Numbered from the stretch's first letter, positions 22,097-33,723 are shown. The stretch: DNA of 64,000 nucleotides from Selaginella moellendorffii (GCF_000143415.4 NW_003314261.1:682001-746000); one strand, 5' to 3'. The notes: generated from the letters alone by a model not told the origin. A program made the numbers and translations.

Positions 22097-23715
22097 ATGG
22101 CGGATTTCCTCACCTCAACGCATCGCGATCGGTGGATCTTCACAGTGCAGGACCTGGTAAGCGAGTGTTCCCGTGGATCTTCGAGCGAAATCTCTCTTGT
22201 TTAGGTGGAGAAAGCGTCCGCGGCCAATGCAAGAGCTGTCCAAGCGCTCCAGCAAGTAAGATTCTTTCAGTAACTCCTGCTTATGAGTGAGATTTCGTTC
22301 CAGCACGGTGCTACTCGCGTTGAAATCCAACCGGATGGATCATTGGCGTATCCTGGATCAGAGAATGGCGAGTTTATCTTCACTCCTCTTAGATTTTAGA
22401 AACGCTTGCTTCTTTTCAGGCGCTCCAAGTAAACTTCCCGAGCCTTTGAAGATTGAGGAAGAGCTGTTCATTCGAAGGTACTACGAGCACAAAATACAGC
22501 AAGTTTGCGGAGCTTTCTCCTTTCCAAATAAAATCCAGGTTCGTCTAGCAGTACTTCTGGTTTGATACAAAACCTACGTGTTTGTGTCCAGGCCACTGCT
22601 GTGCTCTATTTCAAGCGCTTTTACCTCTCTTGGTCTGTGATGGAGCACGATCCAAAGCATATAATGTAAGACCACCTTGCTGGTGTGAAAATGCTGCTTA
22701 TACTTCGTTTATTTTCCAGGCTCACATGCATTTACATATCGTGTAAAGTGGAAGAGTTTCACGTCTCAGCCGAGGAGCTTGGTAAGGGAATCCAACAAGA
22801 TCACCAAGTCATCCTAAAAAACGAATTAACGCTGTTACAGGTTCTTCAGACCGCATCATTCACGGCAGCTAATTCCTTGTTTTAACTTCAGGGTCTCAAT
22901 TTCGACTTGATTGTATATGCTCCCTATCGATCCTTGGACGGCTTTGTTTTGGACATTCAGGCAAGCACGAAGATCCAATTATTGTTCGTTCCGTTCTTAA
23001 AGGCTAAGCTCGCAGAAATGGGCGGACGCTGCGAAGGATGAGAATGTCTCTCAGAAAATACTGGTACCTGCTGGATTATTTTCCCTTGTCATTTCTGACT
23101 TCGACTTATTATGTAGGACCTCCAAAGTGAAGCGATTCGAAAGGTGGACACAATGCTTCTGACGGACTGCCCGCTCCTCTTTCCTCCTGGACAGGTACTT
23201 GCGAAGCATCTTTAATGAAGTGCCATCTCATTTGTTGTTTTCTCTGTGAAGCTAGCTTTGGCAGCTCTGCGAAGCGCAAATGTTCAGGAAAGAGCAATAG
23301 ACATGGAAAAGTAAGACTTTTAGTTTAAGGTGTTTTTATGCTTGAGGCCTTTGTCTCAGGTACCTGCGAGGGGTATGCGAACGGCAACAGCAGAAACACT
23401 CGTACTCGGAGCTCGTCGGAATGCTTAACCAAATAGCTGCACTGGTACGCCTTTCTCAAATTCTTTTGGGAGATTTCATTATAAGCATGTAGGTTGATGC
23501 TTCAAGGACACCTATCGAAGAGGAAGTAAGACGCATCGACAGGAAGCTAAAGTTTTGTAGAAATCCAGGACTACAAGACGAGTAAGTCTTTCTCCCCTCG
23601 TCTTTTATGCATTCTCTCTAATTTCTCCACCTGGCTCAGGAGTAAGAAACGGGACCGCAAGGGTAAGCACAAATCCAAGCGAACTCCTCAGCAAGAGACA
23701 ATCTCGCCAATGTAA
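22097..23715 (+). CDS. CYCH: Cyclin H (CAK/TFIIH subunit)
   Basis: Multi-exon gene: [16 protein letters not shown]..., [79 protein letters not shown]; stop TAA at 23713-23715. Confidence 0.93.
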
Positions 23716-23900
23716 GCCAAGCTTTCGTTCATGTAGTCACCAAGTTACAAAACAACAGGGTCATGGGTGATACTGCCAGGGCTTGAGCTCAATCAACTTA
23801 GACAATTTTCTAGCGTCAGGTAAACAAAACCAGCCCTTTGGCAAAGTTCTCGATCGATGGTTTTTTGTCAAGTTACAGGAGTAGCACCGATGAATCTCAA

Positions 23901-24430
23901 TCAATACATGTACAATCCAAACACCGCGGCGATCCCAAACATGTTATCGTTTTGGAAGGTATCCCTCGTGTAGTCATCCGTATCTTTGTCCCAGAAACAT
24001 CTGGCCGCCATTTGCAGTCCCTGGCCTCGCGTCTCGCCAATGACTGCTTGTACCACGATCTTATATCTCTCGAAGTGAAACTCTGGAAGAACACCACATT
24101 CTGGTGGATCAAAGGCGCAAGTATGATCTTGGACCTTACCTTTGCAGCGATTCTTGACTTCGTCGGCAATCTCGCGAACCAAGTATGGAGCTTGCTCTCC
24201 ATCGTACTGGACTCCTGTGAGCTTCTCCCGCAACACTTCGGTGATCACCTCTTTCACTTTGCCAGGAAGAAAGGATTTCTTTGGTATGTAAGGCAGCTTG
24301 CTTTGCACTACCACCTAAAAGAAGAAGAAATGTGGAGTTTGTGGAGGGCAAGGAATTTGAGCTTCCATACCCGAGTGTGTTTATCCTCTCCTTCGTGGAG
24401 CACCGCAAGCTTCTCAAGCACTTTCTCCAT
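23901..24430 (-). CDS. Tctex-1 family dynein light chain (TCTEX1D2/Tctex2-like)
   Basis: Exons 24430-24371, 24314-24140, 24082-23901. Motif RYKIVVQAVIGETRGQGLQMAARCFWDKDTD...FGLY is typical of Tctex domains. Confidence 0.9.
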
Positions 24431-24737
24431 TCATTCCACTGTTAGGGTTAGGGCTGTTACAAGTAATCACGCCAGGTCACGCGCCACGTCAAGCACGCGT
24501 GGCATTTTATTTGCCAGCAAGTTTACAACAATTCGTGACGGCGTGGGACTTTTCTTTGTAGCCATCCAACGGTCGAGAGGAGAAACGAGGGTTTTAGTTT
24601 TAGGGCTCGTGGCGCTGGCAGGAATCCATCGCGCGACGATGGAAGCGCTGGCCTAGTCTGTAGCTCGCGCTCCTGCCGGCGATCGATTCAGGGCATTCGG
24701 GGCATTCTTTTCGATTCTAGATAGCATTGAGCGAGAT

Positions 24738-27700
24738 ATGGATCAGGGAGTGACGAGCACGCCACCGTCTCCATCGACCGCTGCGGCGGCGCCTCCGCTG
24801 GGCCAGAATGTCATTCCACTCGTGAACAAGCTCCAGGATATTTTCTCGCAATTAGGTAGCGCATCGACAATCGATCTTCCTCAGGTAGCCGTGGTTGGGA
24901 GCCAGAGCAGCGGCAAATCCAGCGTTCTCGAGGCTCTTGTCGGTCGGGATTTCTTGCCCCGGGGCTGTGATATTTGCACTCGCCGCCCGCTGGTGTTGCA
25001 GCTCGTCCAGACCACCAGGCGTGGCGATGAGGTTGTGGAATGGGGAGAATTTCTTCATCTGCCAAACAGGCGCTTCACGGATTTTACCGCAATCCGGAAG
25101 GAAATCCAGGTATTTTTTCTTTCTAGATGAATCGGAGAATCTAAACGTTTGTCTTGTGTAGGCTGAGACTGATCGGGAGCTGGGATCCAACAAGGGAATC
25201 TCAGATAAGCAGATAAGGCTGAAAATTTTCTCGCCAAAGGTTCTCAATATCACTTTGGTCGATCTGCCCGGCATCACCAAGGTCCCTGTCGGAGATCAAC
25301 CCACGGACATTGAAGCTCGAATAAGAACCATGATCCTGTCTTACATCAAGCATGAGACGTGCATAATTCTAGCGGTTTCTCCTGCCAATGCCGACCTGGC
25401 CAATTCAGATGCGCTCCAAATGGCACGCATTGCGGATCCCGATGGTAAGCACATTCCATTCTAATTAAGCAGTCGATCCTAAGCTTTCTTCTTTTTGCGA
25501 CACGATAGGCTCTCGGACCATTGGAGTCATCACTAAGGTGAAATTCTTTTAAAGTCAAAACAAGTTATTGGAGTTTAACAGTAGTTCTTGCTGTCAGCTT
25601 GATATCATGGACAGAGGCACTGATGCTCGCAACTTCCTTCTTGGGAGTGTTATTCCCTTACGCCTTGGTTACATTGGTGTCGTTAATCGTAGTCAAGAGG
25701 TAGGGCATACTTTCTGAGTTTGTCAAGGAGCGTCATTGGTCTTCTTCAATTTTGCAGGATATCACGTCCAATAGAAGCATACAGGACGCGCTTATGTACG
25801 AAGAGCAGTTCTTTCGCAGTCGACCGGTATGAATATCTGGTTCATCTGTTTCGCAAGCTAAGCGTTATGTTTAGGTATATCATAGCCTCTCGGATCGTTG
25901 CGGGATTCCACAACTAGCAAAGAAACTTAATCAGGTATCCTGAAATGCCTTACAGATTAGGACTGACGGGAATGATTGACAGATCCTAGTTCAACACATC
26001 CGAACCATTCTACCCGACCTCAAGGCTCGAATAAACACACAGATGGTTACACTTCAAAAAGAACTTGCAACGTACGGGGAGCTAACCGAATCGAAGGTTT
26101 GATGGTTGCGTGTATAGTCATTGGTATTAATTATCATGCAGAATGGCCAGGGGGTGCTGTTGTTGGGTATCATCACGAAGTACTCTCAAAGTACGTTAGA
26201 CTGAAAGATTAATCTGCATTTTAATTCTTTTTCCTGCATTTCAGGTTTTTCATCAGTTGTGGATGGCAAAAACGAAGAGATGTCAACTGTTGAACTATCT
26301 GGGGGAGCTCGTATTCACTACATATTCCAATCAATTTTCGTCAAAAGCTTAGACGTGCGTTTTTTAGTTTTGTTATACGTCCTTCTAACATTTTTCTACA
26401 GGAGGTTGATCCATGTGACGATCTGACTGATGAAGATATCCGAACAGCCATTCAAAATGCCACTGGTCCAAAAAATGTTCTGTTTGTGCCCGAGGTACGC
26501 TATTCAGTATCTTGTTTTTCGTTGTCATTCGGAGTTTTTCCAGGTTCCTTTTGAGGTACTCGTTCGTCGGCAGATAGCTCGCTTGCTAGAACCAAGTTTG
26601 CAGTGTGCCAGATTTATCTACGACGAGCTTGTTAAGGTATGGCTGGATCAGATTTATCTGTTTTACATGATGCTGTTGGAATATAGATATCTCATCGCTG
26701 TGAAAGTTCGGAGCTGCAACGCTTTCCCGTTCTAAGACGCAATATCGAAGAGGTTATTGCAAGCTTTTTGCGGGAGGGACTTTCTCCTGCCGAGACTATG
26801 ATCGGTCATCTAATTGAAATGGAGGTACAATTCTGTCTCTTTTTGTTTTTTTATTTCTGAATTCAACCGCATGTTTAAAACAGATGGATTACATCAATAC
26901 TTCGCACCCGGGATTCATTGGAGGAAGCAAGGCCGTAGAACTCGCGTTGCAGCAACAACGTGGATCTGTGTTAACGGCTTCCAATATCAAATCCAAGGTA
27001 CTTTTAATAATCTGTGTCCAGAAGAGATGTCTGATCCTTCTGTAGGACGTCGTGGTTGAGCTGGCGGAGAAGGGGGACAAAGGCGGCAAGGCTCGAGCAA
27101 TCCTGGCAAGAAACAATCAATCTTCTCTTTTGGATCATGTATGCTCTAACAGCATTTTCGTTTGAGGCCTAACATGTGCATATGCGCAGGTTTCTAAACC
27201 AGCTAATCAACACGAGAAGCCACATCATACGGGTGAGTCAAGTTTTATCTATCAGAAACAAAAACTGAATTGTCTCTGTTAGAAGAAACAGGTATTCCGA
27301 GTGGTACAAGCTGGGGTATATCCTCAATTTTTGGCGATTCGCGTCCTAATGGCAAAGACGCGAATGTCACCCGAGTGTTCAATGAACCGATCCAAAGCCC
27401 GGAGCCTACTTACACCAGCATTCGGCTGAGAGAGGTGAGTCATTGCTATCTCTGAGCTCTGGCCATCTGATCGTGTGTCTTCACAGCCACCGCTGGTGTT
27501 GAGAGCTAGTGATGCGCAAACAGAGCAGGAATCAACTGAAATAGTTGTGACGCGTTTACTACTCAAGTCCTACTACGACATTGTGAGAAAGAACATACAA
27601 GATTCCGTGCCAAAGGCGATCATGCACTTCTTGGTGCGTATGCTGTCACCTTACCATTGCAAGTGGTACCTAAGGTTTTCTGTTACAGGTTAACCACGCC

Positions 27701-28175
27701 AAACGTGAGCTCCACAATGTCTTCATAAGAAAGCTGTACAGGTATAAGAAACGAACTGTTGGTCAAGTTTATTCACATTTCTAGCAGGGAGGCGATGTTT
27801 GAAGAGCTTCTACAAGAAAGGGAGGAGATAGCGATAAAGCGAAAGCGCTGCAAGGAGGTCCTGAAAGTTCTCCAGCAAGCTGCATGGGTAAAGAACAAAA
27901 AATGTCTTAACGCTCTTCACTGATCAATACTTGTGTTTCAGACGATCGAGGAACTTCCTCTAGAGTATGAGTTTCCCAGTCGGGCAACTTTATCTGCCAG
28001 TGACGCCACCGGTTTGCCTTCGAGACTAGGAGGAGTGCCCGCGGTAAGCAATGAGTTTTACAGCATGGGATCACCCAAGGCTAGCAAACCAAGGAAGTCA
28101 TCTTCTTTGGATTCCAGTGGATTGCCAAATAGCAACCTGGGAAATGGTTCCATTTATCCCACAATCAAGGGATAG
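24738..28175 (+). CDS. DRP3: Dynamin-related protein 3 (mitochondrial/peroxisomal fission GTPase)
   Basis: Many short exons; [13 protein letters not shown]-loop [48 protein letters not shown], and GED region [24 protein letters not shown]; stop at 28173-28175. Confidence 0.93.
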
Positions 28176-28298
28176 GAGCCGAGCCAGGAGGTGCGTATTC
28201 TTCTATCAAAGAGGTGTACAGGAGGATAACTGTTTTGAGCTTAGCAATAACAATCAGACTTGACGAAGAATATGCGGTGGTGTGCGGATAAGAAAGGC

Positions 28299-29116
28299 AT
28301 GGCAACAATGTGTGCTTGTTTTGCAGGAACTAGACGAGTAGCAGACACTGGATTCACGTTCTCGTTTCCAGTAGCTCCTTCCAAGCAGGTATTCTGGATC
28401 TGGAATACTTGCTTGGTGTTTTGTTTTACTCGTTCTCTTTTCCTTGCAGAGAGTTCGCTTGGTTGTGGCAGCAGCAACCGATGATGGTGGTGCGAAGTCG
28501 ACAAAGAGCGATGAGAACTCATCGCCACCAGCTGCTGCTGCCCCGCCGAAGCCTTCCAGTTAAGTCCTTGTCTAGAATTCTTCTCGAATCCGCTCATGGT
28601 TTCCTTGGATTGTTACTAGTGAAAAAAGGCCAAATCGTGAGAGTCGACAAGGAGAAGTATCTCAACAGCATAAATGTATGTATCCATTAGCTATTATTTT
28701 CTTGGTTTTGAGCTATCTTTGTGTTATAGTATCTATCAGTCGGGCACCCCACGTACTACAAAGGCCTGGATTACATCTACGAGGATAGGGGAGAGGTGAG
28801 CGCTCGGGGATTTGAAACTACTTGAAAATACTTCAAGCTCTCTTTGCTTTCAGATTTTGGACATAAGACAGTTTGAAACTGGTGAATATGCACTGGTAAG
28901 TATGGTTTTTTTCCAACGAATTAATACTGATGCCAGTGATGTTTTTTTTTGGCATTCAGATTGCTTGGGCTGGAATACCAACTTCTCCTGCTTGGCTTCC
29001 AACTGATATGCTGATAAAAGTAAAACTTTTTTTTTTCTCTCTCTTTAGTTTTCTCAATTGCTCATTGGTGATTATTGAATTATCAGTCTGAAAAGCTGTC
29101 CTACAGAAGAACTTAG
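28299..29116 (+). CDS. ndhO: Chloroplast NDH complex subunit O
   Basis: Seven exons: 28299-28388, 28450-28558, 28620-28675, 28730-28795, 28854-28895, 28960-29019, 29087-29116. They give a transit peptide plus MKKGQIVRVDKEKYLNSINYLSVGHPTYYKGLDYIYEDRGEILDIRQFETGEYALIAWAGIPTSPAWLPTDMLIK. An alternative in-frame ATG lies at 28272. Confidence 0.92.
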
Positions 29117-29241
29117 AAGAACTTGAATGCTAATATTTGAAAATGGTGCTCTTCTTCAATTTGGTTGGATCTTTCAAGGCCTTCAATTTAATGCATGTGT
29201 TATACTGTTAACTAAACACAAGATTCCTTTTCAATGTTGAT

Positions 29242-31032
29242 ATGACACACAGAAGCAGTCTTCTCTCATGGAGCGTCATGCTTGGAACATACTGCCGCAA
29301 TAATCAAACTGATCGAGCAATCTCTCTTTTCAATCTCATGCCCAGGCATGACACAGCCTTGTGTAATTTGCTTCTTTCCGCAATTGCCCAGACGGGGGAT
29401 TTGGTCAAAAGCAAAGAGTTCTTTGAGAGCATGGCATCGCGTGATATCATCTCTTGGACAGCAATGGCACAAGCTCTTTCAAACATGAACGAGATCTTTC
29501 TGGCAACTCTTGTGTTCGAAAGAATGCCCGAATGGAACATTGTCGCCTGGAACTTGATCACGGCAGCTCTTGTTCAAAACGGGGAATTCGAAAAGTCGAA
29601 ACAAATGTTTGATAGGATGCCCAGGAGGAATGTTGTAAGCTGGACAGCAATGGCGTCGGCCTCAGGAATCGATTATCACTGCGAGTTTTGCCAGAAAATG
29701 CCCATGCACGACACCATTGCGTACAACTCAATGATTGCAGCAATGGGTTCGGGTGGCCAACTGTGCGAAGCTGAGAAAATCTTTGAGAAAATGCCAGAGA
29801 GAAATATCATCAGCTGGAACTCAATGCTTTCTTGTTATACCCAAGCTCGGTATCTGTGTAGAGCTAAATGCCTCTTTGACAAGATGCCAAGAACAAACGA
29901 GATCTCCTGGACTTCAATTCTCCAGGCATTTGAAAAGAGCGGAGATATTGAGCAGGTAAAAGCTCTATTTGATGAAGCGCCCATGAGAGATCTTCGTTTC
30001 TTCACCACGGTCATTGCAGCATATGCCTTCAAAGGGTACCTTTTATATGCAAAGAAGACTTTTGACTTGATGCCATCTCACGACGGATTTGCACTCACTG
30101 CTCTCATCGTCGCTATCGCGCAGTCGGGTCAACCGGTTGACACAAAGTCAATGTTTGACCGCTTGGTTTGCAGGAGCTGCGTAGCCTGGACGGCCTTGAT
30201 TCATGGTTATGCCCGTTTGGGGCATCTTCGTGACGCTGAAGACACGTTCCAACGAATGCCATTGCGGGATCTACACTCGTGGAGCCTGATGATCGTGTCA
30301 TACGAGCGGAACGAGAAGCTGGAGGAGGCACGGAGAGCTTTTGGCGAGATGCCCGAGCACGATGAAGTGTCTTGGAACACCATGCTGGCAGCGAGTTTTA
30401 GGATTGGCGATACCGTCGATTGTTTGGAAAAGCTTGTTGCGAGCATGCCAAAGTCTCTGTCAGGGTGCTGGGTTCTCATAGCTGCCTGGTCCAAGCACGG
30501 CCAGACGGAGAATGCAAAGAAGATCTTTGATGAGAGCCTCGCAAGAGGTGAGATCGATGGCTACTGTTGGAATGCGATGCTTGGAGCTTATGTCCAGAAT
30601 GGACAGGGTTTGGAAGCCATAGAGATATTCCGAGAGATGATTTGCCATGGTGCGAAACCAGACGAGGCATCGTTTCTGAATCTCTTCACGGCGTGTAGTC
30701 AAGCTGGGTTGCTAGAGGAGAGTCGGGACAATTTCGTGTCGATGCTGCAGGACCATATGATGAAACCAACGAGGGAGCATTTCGGAGTGATGATGGATTC
30801 ATTGGCGAGGAATGGCAGGCTCGAGGAAGCCAAAGAAGTGGCCGAGGACATGCCTTTCAAGCCCGACAGCGTGACTTGCAGAATTCTGCTGGGTGGCTGC
30901 AAGCTACACAGAGATGAGGGGCTCGCAAAGGCAGCTGGAGAGAGCGCCATTAGATCCGCAGCTCAAGAAAAGTCGTCAGCAAATTACGTGATCCTTTCCA
31001 GCGTGTATCAATTTGCCAATTCTAGTTTGTAG
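29242..31032 (+). CDS. PLS-class PPR protein, SS-motif rich, E-type C-terminus; no obvious transit peptide
   Basis: Intronless 596-aa ORF with repeated FEKMPERNIISW motifs and C-terminal HFGVMMDSLARNGRL...MPFKPDSVTCRILLGGC. Confidence 0.88.
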   Translation: MTHRSSLLSWSVMLGTYCRNNQTDRAISLFNLMPRHDTALCNLLLSAIAQTGDLVKSKEFFESMASRDIISWTAMAQALSNMNEIFLATLVFERMPEWNIVAWNLITAALVQNGEFEKSKQMFDRMPRRNVVSWTAMASASGIDYHCEFCQKMPMHDTIAYNSMIAAMGSGGQLCEAEKIFEKMPERNIISWNSMLSCYTQARYLCRAKCLFDKMPRTNEISWTSILQAFEKSGDIEQVKALFDEAPMRDLRFFTTVIAAYAFKGYLLYAKKTFDLMPSHDGFALTALIVAIAQSGQPVDTKSMFDRLVCRSCVAWTALIHGYARLGHLRDAEDTFQRMPLRDLHSWSLMIVSYERNEKLEEARRAFGEMPEHDEVSWNTMLAASFRIGDTVDCLEKLVASMPKSLSGCWVLIAAWSKHGQTENAKKIFDESLARGEIDGYCWNAMLGAYVQNGQGLEAIEIFREMICHGAKPDEASFLNLFTACSQAGLLEESRDNFVSMLQDHMMKPTREHFGVMMDSLARNGRLEEAKEVAEDMPFKPDSVTCRILLGGCKLHRDEGLAKAAGESAIRSAAQEKSSANYVILSSVYQFANSSL

Positions 31033-31379
31033 GAGTTTTTCTGAAGGTTTTGCCGAGATTTGAATTCGGGTTTACTAACGAAACCATTTCATATCTCCGG
31101 TTCTAATTATGCATACAGACCTTATACTTAGGATATGCTAATATAGTCATTGATTGTGAAGATCTTCTCCCCTTGTATGCCTGCCTGATAAAAGGGGATA
31201 TATTATGCTCTGTCTCTTAAAATGAACAAGTGCCGAGAGTGGCACCAGTGCCTAGATAGATCATGTGTGTGTGTGTCTGTTCTTGGATCCCTTTCTCTCC
31301 GTTACTCTCTGTTACACGCTCTCAGTTACCTAAAGCTATGTTGGACATCTCTGGTGTACCTGGAAGCACAAGCAATCGA

Positions 31380-33370
31380 TCCCTAGAGCAAGCGATTGAA
31401 TTTCTTCTTCATTACCGTAGCTTGGATGCCCGCCCGGGAGCGCTGCCGCGACCGCGCCTGGAATATTTCGATCTCTGCATGGAAATTTGCAAGATGGCGC
31501 AATCGATCTAATGCATTCAAGCTAGTTACCGCTTGGATGCACGCACAGCGGAAGATCACCACGCACTGCTGCAACAGTGCCTGGAATATTTCGAATTTCC
31601 AACGCAACGATTAGCATTCTACCACATACTATCGCATCCAAGCTAGCTACCGCTTGGTCGCACTAGATACCCCTTGGACGCATGACACCGCCGCCGAGAT
31701 TTCCCCCCAACTAGTACAGAGGTAATGCATTAGACGGCCTCATTCTACCACAGCTGGTAAGTTTTTCCATTTCTGTGTGAAACTGTAAATATTAGTTGTG
31801 ACAGGCAACTTCGTTGGGTAGCGTTTAGTTTTTCTTGGACCAAACATGGGGGACTACAAGCCCCCACGTCCGGAAACTCCCTCCATGTACCATGCTCTAA
31901 ACATGCTGGTAATGACTTGCATTGAAGCTGCCTTTGTTTGTTCTCATAGACTAGTTTGCAGATACCCCCTGGTTGCCCCACGGCTTCAGATGCCATGATG
32001 CTGGGAACAGAGATGGTGACACAACCCGATCTTCTAAAGCTCATTGGTGCCGTCTAGGCGCCCCTTCGCATCATTGGCCAACATCTGTGTTTTCACTGGT
32101 GTAACATTCCAACACCAGAGGAGTTCTATGCTATGCTAGCTTCTGGATATGCGTATGGCTCGTCAAATATTCCCAGGGAAACAGTTGCTGCCGATCTCAA
32201 ATGAGTGCTAGAGCACATTGAAGAGTTCGTGCCTTGTCTTTTAAATATTATATATTTTAGATGTTTAAATAATAGATAAAAAATTAAAAATAAATTATTT
32301 TATTGAATTTAAATTAGTGTTATTAACTTGAAATATGCTTGAATATACTTGGGAGTTTTTTTTACATATAAAATACGATGTTAAAAAACAAAAAAAAATT
32401 CATTAGGAAAGCAAAAACATAGTGCCTAATTTAGTGGTACACATAATTTTTAGCTTTAATTTTTTATTTCCTGACTTTAACCACTAAGAACATTATAAGA
32501 AGAGTTTATAATGGCTCTCAAAATTTTCATTACTATATGTGATAATGCATACTAACATAATCTCTTAAATCACACTTTGTTGATAGTAAGTTTTAATTCT
32601 CTTATTATTTTGTTCACTTTTAAATTTTTATCTTTGACTAAGCTAATGGATCATTCTTAAGGTTTGTGGGAAGATTTTCCTTTGTTTCTAAAATAATCAG
32701 ATCATTTGGAATATACAAGAATGGTATTGACTAACTTATAAATTTTTTTTTTTAAAAACCCATATGCATTTATATAAATAATCTTTTACTGACATAATAT
32801 TATATATTTTAGATGTTTAAATAATAGATAAAAATATTTTTTAAAAATATTTTATTGAATTTAAATTAGTGTTATTAACTTGAAATATGCTTGAATATTT
32901 TTTTATATATGGAATATGATGTTAAAAAACAAAAAATAAATCATTAATGTTGACACTTTCACACAAAAATGGAAAAGCTTACCAATAGGAACATCCCCAT
33001 CCTTTAGAAGGTGCACTGGCCATAAGCAATATGATGGCTAGTCCAGAGTGCTAGACTGCTAGCCTCGAGAGGCCTCTGGTCACTGCGTGTACATAGTGCA
33101 CGAGCTGGCTGGAAGAAAATTTTGACAAGTAAAGCAATGGAAGTGACTTCCACTTCATTACCGTTCTACTTGGATGTACTGCTGTGATAGCTTCAGTAAG
33201 CCTGGAAGCAAACTTCCAGTGAGCGATTGATGCCTACTTCATTACCGGACTGTGCCTGAAATATTTAGATCGCTTTAATTTTCCAACACAAGATTCATTC
33301 TTGTTGGAAGAACGGCTGCTGAGACCACGCCTGGAATGTTTCAAGCGCTACAAATTTCCAGCGCGAGATG
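31380..33370 (+). pseudogene. Degenerate coding-like remnants with a recurring (C/R)LEYF...FP motif, family unknown
   Basis: GCCTGGAATATTTC-like and CTTCATTACCG motifs recur at about 31410-31600 and 33150-33345; frames contain stops. Confidence 0.3.
32244..32946. repeat. AT-rich direct repeat of about 150-160 bp, two copies
   Basis: 32244-32405 resembles 32796-32946 (shared ATTTTATTGAATTTAAATTAGTGTTATTAACTTGAAATATGCTTGAATAT). Confidence 0.85.
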
Positions 33371-33723
33371 CTAGATTTCCAATAACCCTGTTAACATATT
33401 CAGTATAACAGAGAATAGCAAAGAGGTAACAGACACAATGGAACATGAGCCAAGAACACACACACACGAGTCGCGACCATCTAGCTCGTGCTTGTTGTGC
33501 TTTAAAGCAAGGAATATCCAAAGCATCTCATTTTTTAGAGAGAGAAAGAGAGAGTACCAAAATATATTTATTCCTAATAAAAAGACTATAAACCTTCGTT
33601 CGTGTTTACAGAAATCTACACAAAAAAACCACCACAAACCTTGTACCACCTTTTCCCACTTCGGTGATAGAGCGAGAGAAGCACAAGGAGAAAGAGAGCG
33701 AGAAAAAAGAGAGTAGCTCCCAC

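Noticed and set aside
28299-29260. PPR borrowing the NdhO transit peptide by alternative splicing
   Set aside because: Acceptor AGs near the PPR start need a phase-2 donor, whereas NdhO introns are phase 0 or 1, and the one phase-0 acceptor runs into the TAA at 29209. Not supported without reads.
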